A stretch of 64,000 bases of DNA from Myxococcota bacterium. Lineage in GTDB: Bacteria > Myxococcota_A > UBA9042 > PHBI01 > JAWLBL01. The stretch is from assembly GCA_041687695.1 (NCBI GenBank), contig JAWLBL010000022.1, positions 92,003 through 156,002 on the forward strand, in the 5' to 3' direction. Below are positions 1-10,805 of this stretch, one piece after another. Under the pieces are notes generated by a model. That model was not told the DNA's origin. It saw only the letters and a program-made list of their open reading frames with translations, and did not search any database. The position numbers and the translations under genes were made by a program. The first letter of the stretch is position 1. Every line of letters starts with the position of its first letter.

Positions 1-18
1 TGGCAGCGAGGCGACGCC

Positions 19-3000
19 ATGGCCGACGACGTGATCGACGACAAGCCCCAAGCCCAGCCGACGCCCCCGGGCGGCGCGCCGCGCCCTCCCGCCCCGCCAT
101 CGCGCCCCACGGTGACGACCCCGCCCGGCCCGCCGCCGCGCCCGCGCCCGATCACCGCCCCCCGCACGCCGCCGCCCGGCCCCACGCCGCCGCCGCCGCC
201 GCGCCCCGCTACGCCGGCCGCCCGCCCGCCGACCGGGCCCGCGCTGCGCGCCACGCCGCCCCCGGCGCCCCCGCTGCCCCCGCCGACCGCCGATCGCGCT
301 GGCGCCGCGGCCCGCGTGGGCCGCGCGAGCCACTTCCCGCGCCCGCCCTCGAGCCGCCCCGCGACCCCCATCGCGGGCGTGCGCCCCCCGCCGGGTGCCG
401 CCGCCGCCTCGGCCGAGCCCCCCGACGTGTTCGCCCCCGTCGCCCAGGCGCTGGTCGCCGCCTGCGAGGCCGAGATCGGCGCCCGCCCCGATCCTACCTG
501 GGACGCCCGGCTCAACGCCGGCATCGCCCGCCTGGCCGAGTGGCCGCTGGGCGACCCGCGCCTGGCCGCCGAGCACTTCCGCCGCGCCGGCCTGACCGCC
601 CCCGAGCACCTGCCGACCCTGCACGGCGCGCGCCGGGTCATGTTCTCGCGGCGCACCTACGAGGCGGCCCTGCCGCACTTCGACGCCGAGATCCGGCTGA
701 CGGCCGATCCGCGCCGCAAGGCGGCCCTGACCCTGCTCAAGGCGCGCCTGCTCGAGGACGTGCTGGGGCGTCGCCCCGAGGCGCGCGAGGCCTACGTCGC
801 CGCGCTCGACCTGGCCCGCGACGACCTGTCGGCCCTGAAGGCGCTCGAGCAGGCCGAGGCGGCGGGCGAGGCCTGGGACGCGCTGGGCCGGGTGCTCGAG
901 CGCACCGCCGAGGCGGTCGCCGCCGACCCGCGCCATCGCGCCGCCCTGGAGATGCAGCGGGCGCGCCTGCTCGAGGCGCACGGCGGAGACCTCGAGCTGG
1001 CGGCCGAGCTGTACGAGAAGGCGCTGGAGCTGGACCCCGACAGCACCAACGCGCTGTCGAGCCTGAAGCGGCTGTACTTCGCGCAGCGGCGCTGGCGCGA
1101 TCTGGTCCGCGTGCTGACGCGCCAGGCCGAGACGACCACCGACCCCGACGGGCGCGTGCTGGCCTGGTACCGCATCGGGCGCCTGCAGGCGGCGCGCCTG
1201 GGCAACCGCGCCGAGGGCATCGCCGCGCTCGAGCGCGCGGTCGCGCTGGCGCCCGACGACCCGCTGGTCCTCGAAGAGCTGGCGGGTCTGTACGAGGCCG
1301 CCGGTCGCCACGAGCCGCTGGTCGCGGTGCTCGAGCGCCTGCTGCCGGCGCGGCACGAGCGCGGCGAGCGGCTGGGCCTGCTGCACCGCATCGGCCAGCT
1401 GAGCGAGCGCCTGGGTCGCGAGGACGCCGCGCTGGCGCGCTACGAAGAGGCGCTGGCCCTCGACGCAGCCTTCGTCCCGGTGCTGCAGGCGCTGGGCAAG
1501 CTGTACACGCGCCGCGCCGCCTGGGACCGCCTGGTCGCCATGCACCTGGGCGAGGCCGGCGCGGTCGAGGACGCCGGCCGCCGCGCCGCCGCCTACGCCC
1601 GCGTCGCCGAGATCTGCGAGGCGCGCCTCGACCGCCCCGACGAGGCGGTCGAGCACTACGCGCGCGCCCTGCAGGTCGCCCCCGACTACCAGCCGGCCTT
1701 CAAGGCGCTGACCCGCCTGCTGCCCGCGCTCGGCCGCCACACCGAGCTGGTCGCGCTCTACGAGGCCGCCATCACGCGCGCCCCGGACGCCGAGCGGGCC
1801 ATCGCCTTCCTCTTCAAGATCGGCGCCCTGCACGAGGACGCGCTGGACGCGCCCGATCAGGCGGTCGCCGCCTACCGCCGCATCCTGAAGCTGGCCCCCA
1901 ACCACCTGGGCGCGCTGCACGCCCTGCAGCGCGCCGCCGAGCGGGCCCAGCGCTGGGAGGAGCTGGTCGAGGCGCTCGAGCTCGAGGCGGCCGTCAGCCA
2001 GGACGCGACCCACATCGTCGCCCTGGTCCACCGCGCCGGCGAGGTGCTCGACGAGAAGCTGCGCGACGCCGACCGGGCGCTGGTCCGCTACCGGCGCGTG
2101 CTGGAGCTCGACCCGACCTACGCGCCGGCGCTGCGCAGCCTGGGCCGCTTCTACTACGGCAACGGGCGCTGGGACGATCTGCTCGAGATGTACCGGCGCG
2201 AGCTCGAGGCCATCGGGGCCGGGCCGGGGGCGGTCGCCCTGCTGGTCAAGATGGGCGAGCTGTGCGAGGCGCCCATCGGGCGGCTGGACGAGGCGACGAC
2301 CTATTACCGGCGCGCCGTCGAGCTGTCGCCCGGCCACCCGGCGGCCGTGCGCGCCCTGACGCGGGTGCTGCGCGAGCGGGGCGAGTGGCGCGAGCTGACC
2401 GAGGTGCTCGAGGTCGAGCTGGCGGGCATCACCGAGCCGAAGGCCCGCGCGCTGGCCGCCTTCCGGCTGGGCACCGTCTACGAGGAGCAGCTGCAGGACC
2501 CGGCCAAGGCCATCGCGGCCTACCAGATCGCGCTGCAGGCCAACCCGGCGCACCGGCCGGCCCTGGACGGCCTGGCCCGGCTGCGCGACGCGACGCGCGC
2601 GTGGAAGGACCTTTTGGGAGACCTGGGGACGCTGGCCGAGGCGCTGGTGGACCCGCGCGACCGGCGGACGGCCCTGCTGCGACAGGGCGAGATCTACCGG
2701 GACGAGCTGGGCGACGCGCGCCGGGCGACGGCCTGCTACGAGGCCGTGCTGGCCCAGCACCCCGACCACTTCCCGTCGCTGCTGGCGCTCGAGGGGCTGT
2801 ATCGACAGATCCACGACTGGGACCTGCTGGCCGGCGTGTACCGCAAGCAGCGCGAGCTGTTCACCGCGCCCGACGCGCAGTTGGCCGCGCTGCGCGAGCT
2901 GGCGCGCCTGGCCGAGACGCGAGGGGCGGCCGTGCCCGACCTGCGGGCCGTCTACGAGGATCTGCTGACCCTGGTGCCGGGCGACCCTGCGGCCCTGTGG

Positions 3001-5388
3001 GCGCTCGAGCAGCAGGCCCTGGGGGCCCGCGACCGCGTGCTGCTGGCCCGGGTCGACCGGGGGCTCATCGCGGCGGCGGCCGACCCCGCCGTGCGCGCCG
3101 CCCACCGCATCCGGCTGGGCGAGACGCTCGAGGTGCTCGCGGCCGCGCCCGCGCCAGCCGGCGACGCGGCCGGCGACCCGACCGCCGCCTCGTCCCCCGG
3201 CGCGACCTTCGAGGAGGCCCTGGCCGCCTTCCGCGCCGCCCTCGAGGACGACCCCGACGACCTCGCCGCCGTGCGCGGGCAGGGGCGCGTCGCCGAGCGG
3301 CTGGACGACGCGGCCGCCCTGGCCGACGCCTGCCGCCGCGAGGCGCGCCTCGTGCGGGACGTCGGCCGCTCCGCCGACCTGCTGGTGCGCAGCGCCGAGC
3401 TGCACGCCGGTCTGGGCCGCGTGGCCGATGCCGTCGACGACGTCGACCGCGCCCTCGAGCTGGTGCCCGACCACGCCCCGGCCGCCGAGGCCCTGACGCG
3501 TCTGCTCACGCTCGAGGCGCAGCCGGAGCGGCTGGCCGAGCGGCTGGCGCGCGCGGCCAACGCCGGCGCGCAGACCGAGCGCAAGGTCGCGCTGTGGCAC
3601 CAGGTCGCCGCCTTGCAGGCCGACGCGCTGGGCGACCTCACCGCCGCGCTGCGCGCGATGAACGGCGCGCTGGCGCTGGCGCCGGACGACGTGCCGACGC
3701 TGCTGGTCTACGCGGCCTACTGCGAGCGCGACGGCCAGTGGAGCGAGGCCATCGGCACGCTTTCGAAGGTGGCGCGGCTGGCGACCGACAAGCCGCTGGT
3801 GCAGGCGACGCGCCTGCGGGTCGCGACGCTGCTGTTCGAGCGGCTGGGCGACGGCGACCGGGCGCTGCCTCATCTAAAGGACCTGCTGGCCGCCGAGCCG
3901 GGGCACCGCGAGGGGCTGTCGCTGCTCATCGAGCTGCAGGTCGGCAGGCGCGATCTCGCGGCGGCGGCCGAGACGGCGCGCGGGTGGCTGGGGGTGGTCC
4001 CGAAGGCCGACCGGCCGGCGGCGCTGGTGCGCATGGCCGCGCTGGAGCGCGCGCTGGGCCACGTCGACGCGGCCGTGACCTCGCTGGAGGAGGCGCTGGC
4101 CGCCGAGGGGCCGGACGGGCCGGCGGACGCGGCGTTCCTGGAGATCCTGGCCGCGCCCCGCCAGGAACGACAGGACGAGGCGACGTTCCGCGAGCGGTAT
4201 GCGGCGTCGCTGGCGCGGCATCTGTCCCAGGCGGCCGGCGCCGGGCAGGCCACGGCGCGCCACTTCCTGGGGCTCGAGGCCGTCGAGGCGCAGCTGGAGC
4301 GGCAGGCCGAGGCGCTGGCCGTGCTGCGGCGCGGCCTGGCGGCGTTCCCGGGGGACGTGTCGCTGCTGCTGGCGACGGCGCGGCGGCTGGTGGCGATGGG
4401 GCAGGCGTCGGCGGCGCGCGCCGAGCTGGAGGCGGCGCTGGGCCGCGATCCCGAGCAGCCCGATCTGTGGCGGGAGCTGGCGGCGACGTTGGCCGGTGGG
4501 GGGGCGGCGGCCGAGGCCGAGCTGGTCCGCCACGCCGCGGTGGCGCTGGGGCTGGCGGAGGCCGACGAGGCGCGCCATCAGCCCCGCCCGGGGCAGGTGG
4601 CGGCCGGGCTGGTGACGGCGGCGCTGCAGCGCGCGCTCGAGGGGGCCCCGGCCGAGCCCGGCCCCGCCGAGCGGCTGCTGGACGGCGTGGGGCTGGCGCT
4701 CGAGAAGCTGCACCCGACGGATCTGGGGCGCCACGGCCTCACGCCGGCCGACCGCGTGCTGCCCGAGGCCAACCACCCGCTGGCCCAGCTGACCTTCGAT
4801 CTGGCGGCCCGCTTCGGCGCCCCCGAGCTGCAGCTGTACGTGTCCAAGGACGCGCCGGCCATCACGGTCGAGCCGGGCGAGCAGCCGATCGTCGTCCTGC
4901 CCGGCGCGCTGCGCGTCCGCCCGCGCGCCGAGCAGGTCTTCCTGCTGTCGCGGGTGCTGCTGCTGGCCAGCCGCGGCCTGCACCTGCTGGCGCGTCTGAC
5001 GCCGGGCGAGGTGGCCCTGGTGCTGGCCGCGACGGCGCGCCAGGCCAGCCCCGAGCTGGACGGCGGCGGCCTGCCGGCCGAGGCGCTCGACAACGCGACG
5101 CGCCTCATCAAGAAGGGCACGCCCTTCTTCAAGGGCAAGATCGTCAAGCAGATCGCCCAGGACTACGCCGAGGCGCCCATCGGGGACGTCGAGCGCTGGG
5201 TGCGCACGGTGCAGCGCACCACGACGCAGCTGGCGCTCCTGGTGTGCGACGACCTGGGCGGCGCCCTCGAGGCCCTGCCGCGCGTCGAGGCGGCCGCCCG
5301 CGGCGTGGCCCCGACCGAGGCGGAGCTGGTCCGCTTCTGGGCCTCGCGCGAGGCCATGGACCTGCGGCGGCGGCTGGGCCTGCTGTGA
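19..5388 (+). CDS. Very large tetratricopeptide-repeat (TPR) protein with a Pro-rich N-terminus
   Basis: 1789 aa. About 130-aa Pro-rich leader, then many TPR-like units (e.g. AAELYEKALELDPDSTNALSSL, AVEHYARALQVAPDYQPAFKAL). GAGG upstream of the ATG and GC3-biased codons. Confidence 0.85.
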   Translation: MADDVIDDKPQAQPTPPGGAPRPPAPPSRPTVTTPPGPPPRPRPITAPRTPPPGPTPPPPPRPATPAARPPTGPALRATPPPAPPLPPPTADRAGAAARVGRASHFPRPPSSRPATPIAGVRPPPGAAAASAEPPDVFAPVAQALVAACEAEIGARPDPTWDARLNAGIARLAEWPLGDPRLAAEHFRRAGLTAPEHLPTLHGARRVMFSRRTYEAALPHFDAEIRLTADPRRKAALTLLKARLLEDVLGRRPEAREAYVAALDLARDDLSALKALEQAEAAGEAWDALGRVLERTAEAVAADPRHRAALEMQRARLLEAHGGDLELAAELYEKALELDPDSTNALSSLKRLYFAQRRWRDLVRVLTRQAETTTDPDGRVLAWYRIGRLQAARLGNRAEGIAALERAVALAPDDPLVLEELAGLYEAAGRHEPLVAVLERLLPARHERGERLGLLHRIGQLSERLGREDAALARYEEALALDAAFVPVLQALGKLYTRRAAWDRLVAMHLGEAGAVEDAGRRAAAYARVAEICEARLDRPDEAVEHYARALQVAPDYQPAFKALTRLLPALGRHTELVALYEAAITRAPDAERAIAFLFKIGALHEDALDAPDQAVAAYRRILKLAPNHLGALHALQRAAERAQRWEELVEALELEAAVSQDATHIVALVHRAGEVLDEKLRDADRALVRYRRVLELDPTYAPALRSLGRFYYGNGRWDDLLEMYRRELEAIGAGPGAVALLVKMGELCEAPIGRLDEATTYYRRAVELSPGHPAAVRALTRVLRERGEWRELTEVLEVELAGITEPKARALAAFRLGTVYEEQLQDPAKAIAAYQIALQANPAHRPALDGLARLRDATRAWKDLLGDLGTLAEALVDPRDRRTALLRQGEIYRDELGDARRATACYEAVLAQHPDHFPSLLALEGLYRQIHDWDLLAGVYRKQRELFTAPDAQLAALRELARLAETRGAAVPDLRAVYEDLLTLVPGDPAALWALEQQALGARDRVLLARVDRGLIAAAADPAVRAAHRIRLGETLEVLAAAPAPAGDAAGDPTAASSPGATFEEALAAFRAALEDDPDDLAAVRGQGRVAERLDDAAALADACRREARLVRDVGRSADLLVRSAELHAGLGRVADAVDDVDRALELVPDHAPAAEALTRLLTLEAQPERLAERLARAANAGAQTERKVALWHQVAALQADALGDLTAALRAMNGALALAPDDVPTLLVYAAYCERDGQWSEAIGTLSKVARLATDKPLVQATRLRVATLLFERLGDGDRALPHLKDLLAAEPGHREGLSLLIELQVGRRDLAAAAETARGWLGVVPKADRPAALVRMAALERALGHVDAAVTSLEEALAAEGPDGPADAAFLEILAAPRQERQDEATFRERYAASLARHLSQAAGAGQATARHFLGLEAVEAQLERQAEALAVLRRGLAAFPGDVSLLLATARRLVAMGQASAARAELEAALGRDPEQPDLWRELAATLAGGGAAAEAELVRHAAVALGLAEADEARHQPRPGQVAAGLVTAALQRALEGAPAEPGPAERLLDGVGLALEKLHPTDLGRHGLTPADRVLPEANHPLAQLTFDLAARFGAPELQLYVSKDAPAITVEPGEQPIVVLPGALRVRPRAEQVFLLSRVLLLASRGLHLLARLTPGEVALVLAATARQASPELDGGGLPAEALDNATRLIKKGTPFFKGKIVKQIAQDYAEAPIGDVERWVRTVQRTTTQLALLVCDDLGGALEALPRVEAAARGVAPTEAELVRFWASREAMDLRRRLGLL

Positions 5389-5418
5389 CCCGGACCGAAG
5401 GACCGCCCCCAGCTGGAT

Positions 5419-6405
5419 TCAGGCGGGGGCGGCCTCGGCGGCGCCGACGCGCACTTCGAAGCGGAAGGTCGAGCCGACGCCCTCGTGGCTCTGCACGTCG
5501 ATGTCGCCGCCCATCATCCGGCACAGCTGCCGTGAGATGGCGAGGCCCAGCCCCGTGCCGCCGAAGCGGCGGGTCGTCGACGCGTCCGCCTGGGTGAAGG
5601 GCTGGAACAGGGCGGAGAGCGCCTGCGGGGCGATGCCGATGCCGGTGTCGCGCACCGTAAACCACAGCAGGCCCTCGCCCGCCGCGCCGCCGGGAGTGGC
5701 CGCGAAGCCCATCCGCACCTCGACCTCCCCCTCGCGGGTGAACTTGATGGCGTTGGACAGCAGGTTGTTCAGCACCTGCCGCACGCGCCCCGGGTCGCCG
5801 ACCACGCGCTCGGGGATCTCGGCCTCGCCCTCGAGCGTCAGCGTCAGCCCGCGCGCCGCCGCCCGGTGGCCGAACATCGCGCCGGCCCCGCCGAGCACCC
5901 CGCGCGGCTCGAACGGCACCTCTTCGAAGGCCAGCCGCCCCGCCTCGATCTTCGAGAAGTCCAGGATGTCGTCGATGACCGTCAGCAGCGCCTCGGCGCA
6001 CTCGCCGATGCCCTGGACGTACTCCTGCTGCTCGTCGTCGAGCGGCGTGTCCCGCAGCAGCTCGGCCATCCCCACCACGCCGTTCATCGGTGTGCGGATC
6101 TCGTGGCTCATGTTCGCCAGGAACTGGCTCTTGGCCACGTTCGCCTGCTCGGCCCGCAGCTTCGCCTGTCGCAGCGCCAGCTCCATCTGACGCCGCTCCT
6201 CGACCTCGGCCTCGAGCCGCACGTACGACTCGCGCATCACGCGCTTCTGCCGCTCCGACAGCGACTCGACGAACTCGAGGTCGGTCCGCAGCCGCCGCAC
6301 GGTCCGCTCCAGCTCGCGCACCCGCTTGTGCAGCGCGTCACGCTCGCCCTCGAGCGCCGCGACGCGCGGGTCCGCCTCCTCCGCCTCTGGCCGCTCGCCC
6401 CCCAT
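5419..6405 (-). CDS. Soluble histidine kinase (coiled coil + HisKA + HATPase_c)
   Basis: H-box [16 protein letters not shown]-box [11 protein letters not shown] boxes DTGIGI and GGTGLGL. Start re-called at ATG 6405 (MGGERP), overlapping the FIST stop (TGATG). Confidence 0.9.
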   Translation of the reverse strand: MGGERPEAEEADPRVAALEGERDALHKRVRELERTVRRLRTDLEFVESLSERQKRVMRESYVRLEAEVEERRQMELALRQAKLRAEQANVAKSQFLANMSHEIRTPMNGVVGMAELLRDTPLDDEQQEYVQGIGECAEALLTVIDDILDFSKIEAGRLAFEEVPFEPRGVLGGAGAMFGHRAAARGLTLTLEGEAEIPERVVGDPGRVRQVLNNLLSNAIKFTREGEVEVRMGFAATPGGAAGEGLLWFTVRDTGIGIAPQALSALFQPFTQADASTTRRFGGTGLGLAISRQLCRMMGGDIDVQSHEGVGSTFRFEVRVGAAEAAPA

Positions 6406-7643
6406 CAGGCCCCCTCGCCGAGCAGCAGCGCCACGCACGACGTGTTGTGCAGCGTGCTCGGCCCGCCGCGCCGCAGCGGCGCGATCTCGCCGTTCGCGAA
6501 GAACCCGGCCAGCCGCGTCGGGTCCACGTCGAAGCGCCGCATCACCTCGACCACGGCCGCGTGCTCCTCGCCCACCCGGCTGCCCAGCACCCACCGCCGC
6601 CCCGCGCACGTGAACAGCAGCGCCGCGTCGGGCCGCGCCTCGGGCCCGTAGGCCTCGCGATAGCGCAGGATCGCCTCGCGCATGGCGCCCCGCGCGCCCC
6701 CGATGACCTCGGGCACGTCCGCGGTGGCCACCCGCACCCGGGCCCCCTCGGGCACCGCCGCCGCCAACACCAGGGTCCCGTCGGGCTCGGTCCCGAAGAC
6801 CGCCCGCATCAGGTACGCCTCGTCGTCGGGACGGCCGGCGCCGCCCTCACCGCCGCCCTCACCGCTCCCTTCGCTGCCATAGACGGCCAGCGGGAACTCG
6901 CCGAAGAACCCCGGATCCTGCTGCCCCAGGTAGGCCCTGAACGTCTCGATGGCCGGCCGGCCGTCGATGGTCCGCACCCGGTGGCCGTCGGCCGCCGTGA
7001 CCCGGTGCGTCGGCCCCATCGGGATCCACCCGCAGCCGATGCCCCACGCCGCCCGCAGCGGCCCCTCGATCGCCAGCACCGGCACGGCGTCCGTCAGCGC
7101 GCGCCCGCCGCAGATCTGCGTCGTCGCCCCGATGACGCGCTCGTCCAGCCGCTGCGTGGCCGAGGTCCCTCCCACGATGGGCGCCCCGCCCGTCCCACGC
7201 TGCAGCCGCTCGAGCAGCCCCAGCACGTCGCACCGCAGCCCGTCCGGCGTCGTCAGCACCAGCGCCGGCGGCGCCTCGGCGCGCACCCCGGCCCGAGCCA
7301 GCGCCTCGTCCACCGCCCGCGCCGGATCGCGCGAGAGCCCCTCGCCCCAGCCGGCCGAGAACCGCACCCGCTCGCTCGCGAACAGCACCAGCGTCACCGC
7401 GTCGTCCGCCGGCCCCTCGGCGCCCGTCAGGTCCCCGCAGGTCGTGCAGCCGATGAACGGCAGCCCCGGCCACCGCGCCGCCACGGCGCGCGCCGCGCCC
7501 GCCCGGTCGTACTCGCTGCCGACCAGCAGCAGCCCGCCGCTCGGCGCGCGCCCCTCGAGCGCCTGCTCGGCCCGGCCGATCGCCTCGGCGACCGCCACGT
7601 CGCCGTCGATGTCGGTGCTCCGCCCGATGCCCGTGACCAGCAA
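6405..7643 (-). CDS. FIST N/C-domain signal-transduction protein (NosP-like)
   Basis: FIST motifs [48 protein letters not shown]. Confidence 0.85.
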   Translation of the reverse strand: MLVTGIGRSTDIDGDVAVAEAIGRAEQALEGRAPSGGLLLVGSEYDRAGAARAVAARWPGLPFIGCTTCGDLTGAEGPADDAVTLVLFASERVRFSAGWGEGLSRDPARAVDEALARAGVRAEAPPALVLTTPDGLRCDVLGLLERLQRGTGGAPIVGGTSATQRLDERVIGATTQICGGRALTDAVPVLAIEGPLRAAWGIGCGWIPMGPTHRVTAADGHRVRTIDGRPAIETFRAYLGQQDPGFFGEFPLAVYGSEGSGEGGGEGGAGRPDDEAYLMRAVFGTEPDGTLVLAAAVPEGARVRVATADVPEVIGGARGAMREAILRYREAYGPEARPDAALLFTCAGRRWVLGSRVGEEHAAVVEVMRRFDVDPTRLAGFFANGEIAPLRRGGPSTLHNTSCVALLLGEGA

Positions 7644-7717
7644 GACCCCACCTCCCCCGGGTAGAGCCTACCCAACGCGCCCGAGGACCGGAACCATACC
7701 CGGCCACCCGCTCGTCA

Positions 7718-8647
7718 TCAGTCCACCCGGCAGCAGCGGAACCCGCGGACCTCGTTCGCGTCGCCGGCGCCGCCGTTCCAGCGGTGCGCCGCCCTCAAGA
7801 ACTCCGCGCCGCTGCGCCACCCGCCCCCGCGGATGACCCGCAGGTCCTTGCCGACGCCGTCCTCGGTCCATGCCGACCCGTCGGTCGGCGCCCCGGCGTA
7901 CCCGTCGTGCCAGCGGTCCTCGACCCACTCCCAGACGCCGCCCGCCATGTCCAGCGCCCCGAACGGGCTGGCCCCGGCCGCGCGCGTCCCGACGTCCTCG
8001 ACGCCGCCCGCCCCGCAGCCCGGCTCGCCCGCGTCCATCAGCGCCCGCTCGCACGAGGGCGCCTCGTCGCCCCAGGGATAGGTCCGCGCCCCGTCGCCGC
8101 GTGCCGCGCGCTCCCACTGCGCCTCGGTGCACAGCGCCTGCCCCCGCCAGGCGCAGTAGGCCGCCGCCCCGTGCCAGGTCACCTGCGTCATCGGGTGCCG
8201 CGCGGCGCCCGGGTTGGCCGCCCACTGCCCCGGCTCGGTCTCGTCGACCGGCAGCGCCCCGAAGGCGTTCAAGCACGGCCCGCCCGTGCAGCTGCCCTCG
8301 ACCGCGGTCAAGAAGGCCGCGTAGGCCGCCACCGTCACCTCGGTCCGGTCGACGCGGAAGGCCGGCACCGTCACCTCGTGCGGCGGCGCCTCGACGTCTT
8401 CGCACGCCGCGTCCGCGCCTGGGTCACAGCCCATCGTGAAGGCCCCGGCCGGCACGCTCACCTCGTCGAGCGCCGGCCGCGTCGCGCTCGCGGGCACGCA
8501 GTGGCCCTCGCCGCCCGGCGTGTCGCAGACCTGGCCGGCCGGGCACTCGGCGTCACGCACGCACGCCGCCCCCTGCACGGCCGCGTCGTCGCAGCCCGCG
8601 GCCACCAGCCCCACCAGCCCCCACGCCACCACGTCCCACGCCCGCAT
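7718..8647 (-). CDS. Lipoprotein with an FGE-sulfatase (SUMF1-like) domain
   Basis: Lipobox-like LVAAGC. Motifs FTMG, DRTEVT, TEAQWERAARG, YPWG, SPFGALDMAGGVWEW, RGGGW, GFRC. Start re-called at MRAWDVV. Confidence 0.85.
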   Translation of the reverse strand: MRAWDVVAWGLVGLVAAGCDDAAVQGAACVRDAECPAGQVCDTPGGEGHCVPASATRPALDEVSVPAGAFTMGCDPGADAACEDVEAPPHEVTVPAFRVDRTEVTVAAYAAFLTAVEGSCTGGPCLNAFGALPVDETEPGQWAANPGAARHPMTQVTWHGAAAYCAWRGQALCTEAQWERAARGDGARTYPWGDEAPSCERALMDAGEPGCGAGGVEDVGTRAAGASPFGALDMAGGVWEWVEDRWHDGYAGAPTDGSAWTEDGVGKDLRVIRGGGWRSGAEFLRAAHRWNGGAGDANEVRGFRCCRVD

Positions 8648-8797
8648 CGCACCCTCCAGCAGCCAAGGCCGCCGTTTGGTTACCACGCCGCTCCGATCGG
8701 GGTCGAGCGTCACCTGACGCCGCCCGGCCGCGACTCCGTTTGCTCGCCGTCGCCCCCGCTGGTATGAGGCTCGCATCCCCCCTCACGGAGTCCGACC

Positions 8798-9604
8798 ATG
8801 AAGCGCACGCTCGCCCTCCTCGTCGCCGCCACGCTCGGCGCCTCCCCGGCCGCCCTGGCCCAGACCGCCCCCGAGGTCCCCGCCGACGATCCCGCGGTCG
8901 ACGCGCCCGTCAGCGCCGGCCACCTGGCCCGGCGGCGCGACGCCTCGGCCGATCGCGGCTTCATCTCCTCGCGCGCCGAGACGGTCTTCGAGGGCGAGGC
9001 CACGGTGAACAGCTACGAGCTGTTCTTCCTGGGCGTCACCTACGGCATCACGGACGACATCCAGGTCTCCGGCACGACGTTCCTGCCCATCACCACCGAC
9101 ATCCCGCTGCTCGGCCTCTTCCAGGGCAAGTTCGTGTTGCACCGCGGCGAGCGGGTCACCGTCAGCGCCCGAGCCAACCTCAACGTCATCGCCCCGCAGG
9201 AGGTCGACGACTTCGTGGGGACCTTCGGCGGCGGCCTGATGGTCGACTACTACCTGGACGACAGCGGCCGCTTCGCGCTGCACGGTGGGTTCGGCGCCAA
9301 CGCGGTCTTCGGCAGCCTGGGCGACTCGGCCATCGAGCTCGCCAACGGCGCCGCCATCTCGCTCGAGCTCGGCGCGTCCGCGGCCCTGGGCAACTCCGTC
9401 AAGCTCATCTTCGACGCCCTCATCCCGGCCGCCTCGACCGACCAGGGGTTCGAGGTCGCCACCTTCGGCCTGGTCACCTACGGCGTCCGCTTCTTCGGCG
9501 AGTCCCTGGCCGCCGATCTGGGCTTCCTGCGCCCGGTCGGCGACATCGACCTGGACGGCTTCGTGCTGGGCATCCCCTACGTCGCGTTCTCGGCCCGCTT
9601 CTGA
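8798..9604 (+). CDS. Secreted protein, probable outer-membrane beta-barrel
   Basis: Signal peptide ending ALA-Q, alternating hydrophobic beta-strands, C-terminal Phe (YVAFSARF), GGAG RBS. Confidence 0.6.
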   Translation: MKRTLALLVAATLGASPAALAQTAPEVPADDPAVDAPVSAGHLARRRDASADRGFISSRAETVFEGEATVNSYELFFLGVTYGITDDIQVSGTTFLPITTDIPLLGLFQGKFVLHRGERVTVSARANLNVIAPQEVDDFVGTFGGGLMVDYYLDDSGRFALHGGFGANAVFGSLGDSAIELANGAAISLELGASAALGNSVKLIFDALIPAASTDQGFEVATFGLVTYGVRFFGESLAADLGFLRPVGDIDLDGFVLGIPYVAFSARF

Positions 9605-10034
9605 GCGTGAGGGCCGGCGACGGTTGACCTCCCCCCCTCGGGCGCCAAGGGTTCCCTCACGAGCCCAGGCGACACGGGGAGGGGGAGATGGGCCACGTCG
9701 ATCGGAGCGGCAGCTGGCGCGCCACGCACGTCTCGGCGCGGCCGCCGGCGCAAGCCGTGAGCGCTCGGAACGTCGCTGTCGTCCGGGGCCTCGACATCGT
9801 GGACCGCGCCCGGTCCGGCCTCAGAGCCGCTCATTCCGTCGCGTCGCCCGCAGGCCACGTGGAGCGGGCGGGCGCCGACAGGGCCGCGGGACGCTTCGCG
9901 GAACCGGCCGAGCGCGCGCCCAGCTCCGTGTTGGGTGCGTCGGCGGTCGTCCGCTCGCACGCAGGTGAGGCCCGGGCCGGCCAAGGCGCCTCGCGCTGAG
10001 CGGCGGTCCGCGCGACACGGCAGGGGGGGAGACC

Positions 10035-10805
10035 ATGCACTATTCGACCACCGACCTCGCGCGGGACTCGCGCGGGTGGGAGCAGCCATCGAAGCCGGTG
10101 AGCCTGTCGCGCCTGGACACGGCGCTGCGGGCCGCGGCGATCGTGGGCGGCGGCGCCCTCGCCATCTCGGCGCTGGGGCGCTTGATGGGCGGCGGCTCGC
10201 CCCGGGACGGCGTGTGGGCGGCGCTGGGCGGCGCGCTGGCCGTGGGGGGCGCCTCCGACTTCTCGCTCCGCGGGGGCGAGCCGCGCACCCGGCGGCTGGA
10301 GGCGTCCGTGACCGTCGGGCTGCCGCGCGACGAGGTGTACCGCCGCTTCCGGGGCGAGGGCGGGCTGCCGCGCTTCGGCCTGTTCACGCACGCGCAGGAT
10401 CGGGGGCCGCAGCGGGTGCCCGGCCTGCCGGTGAACGTGTCGTGGGAGGGCGACGTCGTCGAGGAGGAGGAGGGGCGGCGCCTGGTGTGGGCCAGCCGCG
10501 ACGAGGCCGACGTGGTGCACGTCGGGGCGGTGGTGTTCCGCGACGCGCCCGAGCGGCGGGGGACCGAGGTGCACGTCATCCTGGACTTCCGGCCGCCCGG
10601 CGGGGCGCTGGGGGCGGCGGCCAGCAAGGCGCTGCGGCCGGTGCTGGACGAGCTGATGCGGCGGGACCTGCGCCGGTTCAAGGCGCTGTCCGAGGCCGGC
10701 GAGGCGCCGACCACCGAAGGGCAGCCGTCGGCGCGGCGGGCCGAGGACGAGGGCGCCTGGCGGGCCGAGCTGGACGCCAGGGACGACGACTGGAGGACGG
10801 CATGA
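10035..10805 (+). CDS. SRPBCC / polyketide cyclase-dehydrase family protein
   Basis: [58 protein letters not shown]. Coupled to the downstream dehydrogenase. Confidence 0.85.
   Translation: MHYSTTDLARDSRGWEQPSKPVSLSRLDTALRAAAIVGGGALAISALGRLMGGGSPRDGVWAALGGALAVGGASDFSLRGGEPRTRRLEASVTVGLPRDEVYRRFRGEGGLPRFGLFTHAQDRGPQRVPGLPVNVSWEGDVVEEEEGRRLVWASRDEADVVHVGAVVFRDAPERRGTEVHVILDFRPPGGALGAAASKALRPVLDELMRRDLRRFKALSEAGEAPTTEGQPSARRAEDEGAWRAELDARDDDWRTA

Noticed and set aside
7718..8647. Catalytic formylglycine-generating enzyme
   Set aside because: The catalytic Cys pair after RGGS is absent (RGGGWRSGAEF) and no sulfatase is adjacent. It is a domain-family member only.
9688..9999. 103-aa ORF in the 9605-10034 gap
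   Set aside because: It has an upstream GGAG but weak codon bias and no recognisable motif, so it cannot be supported.
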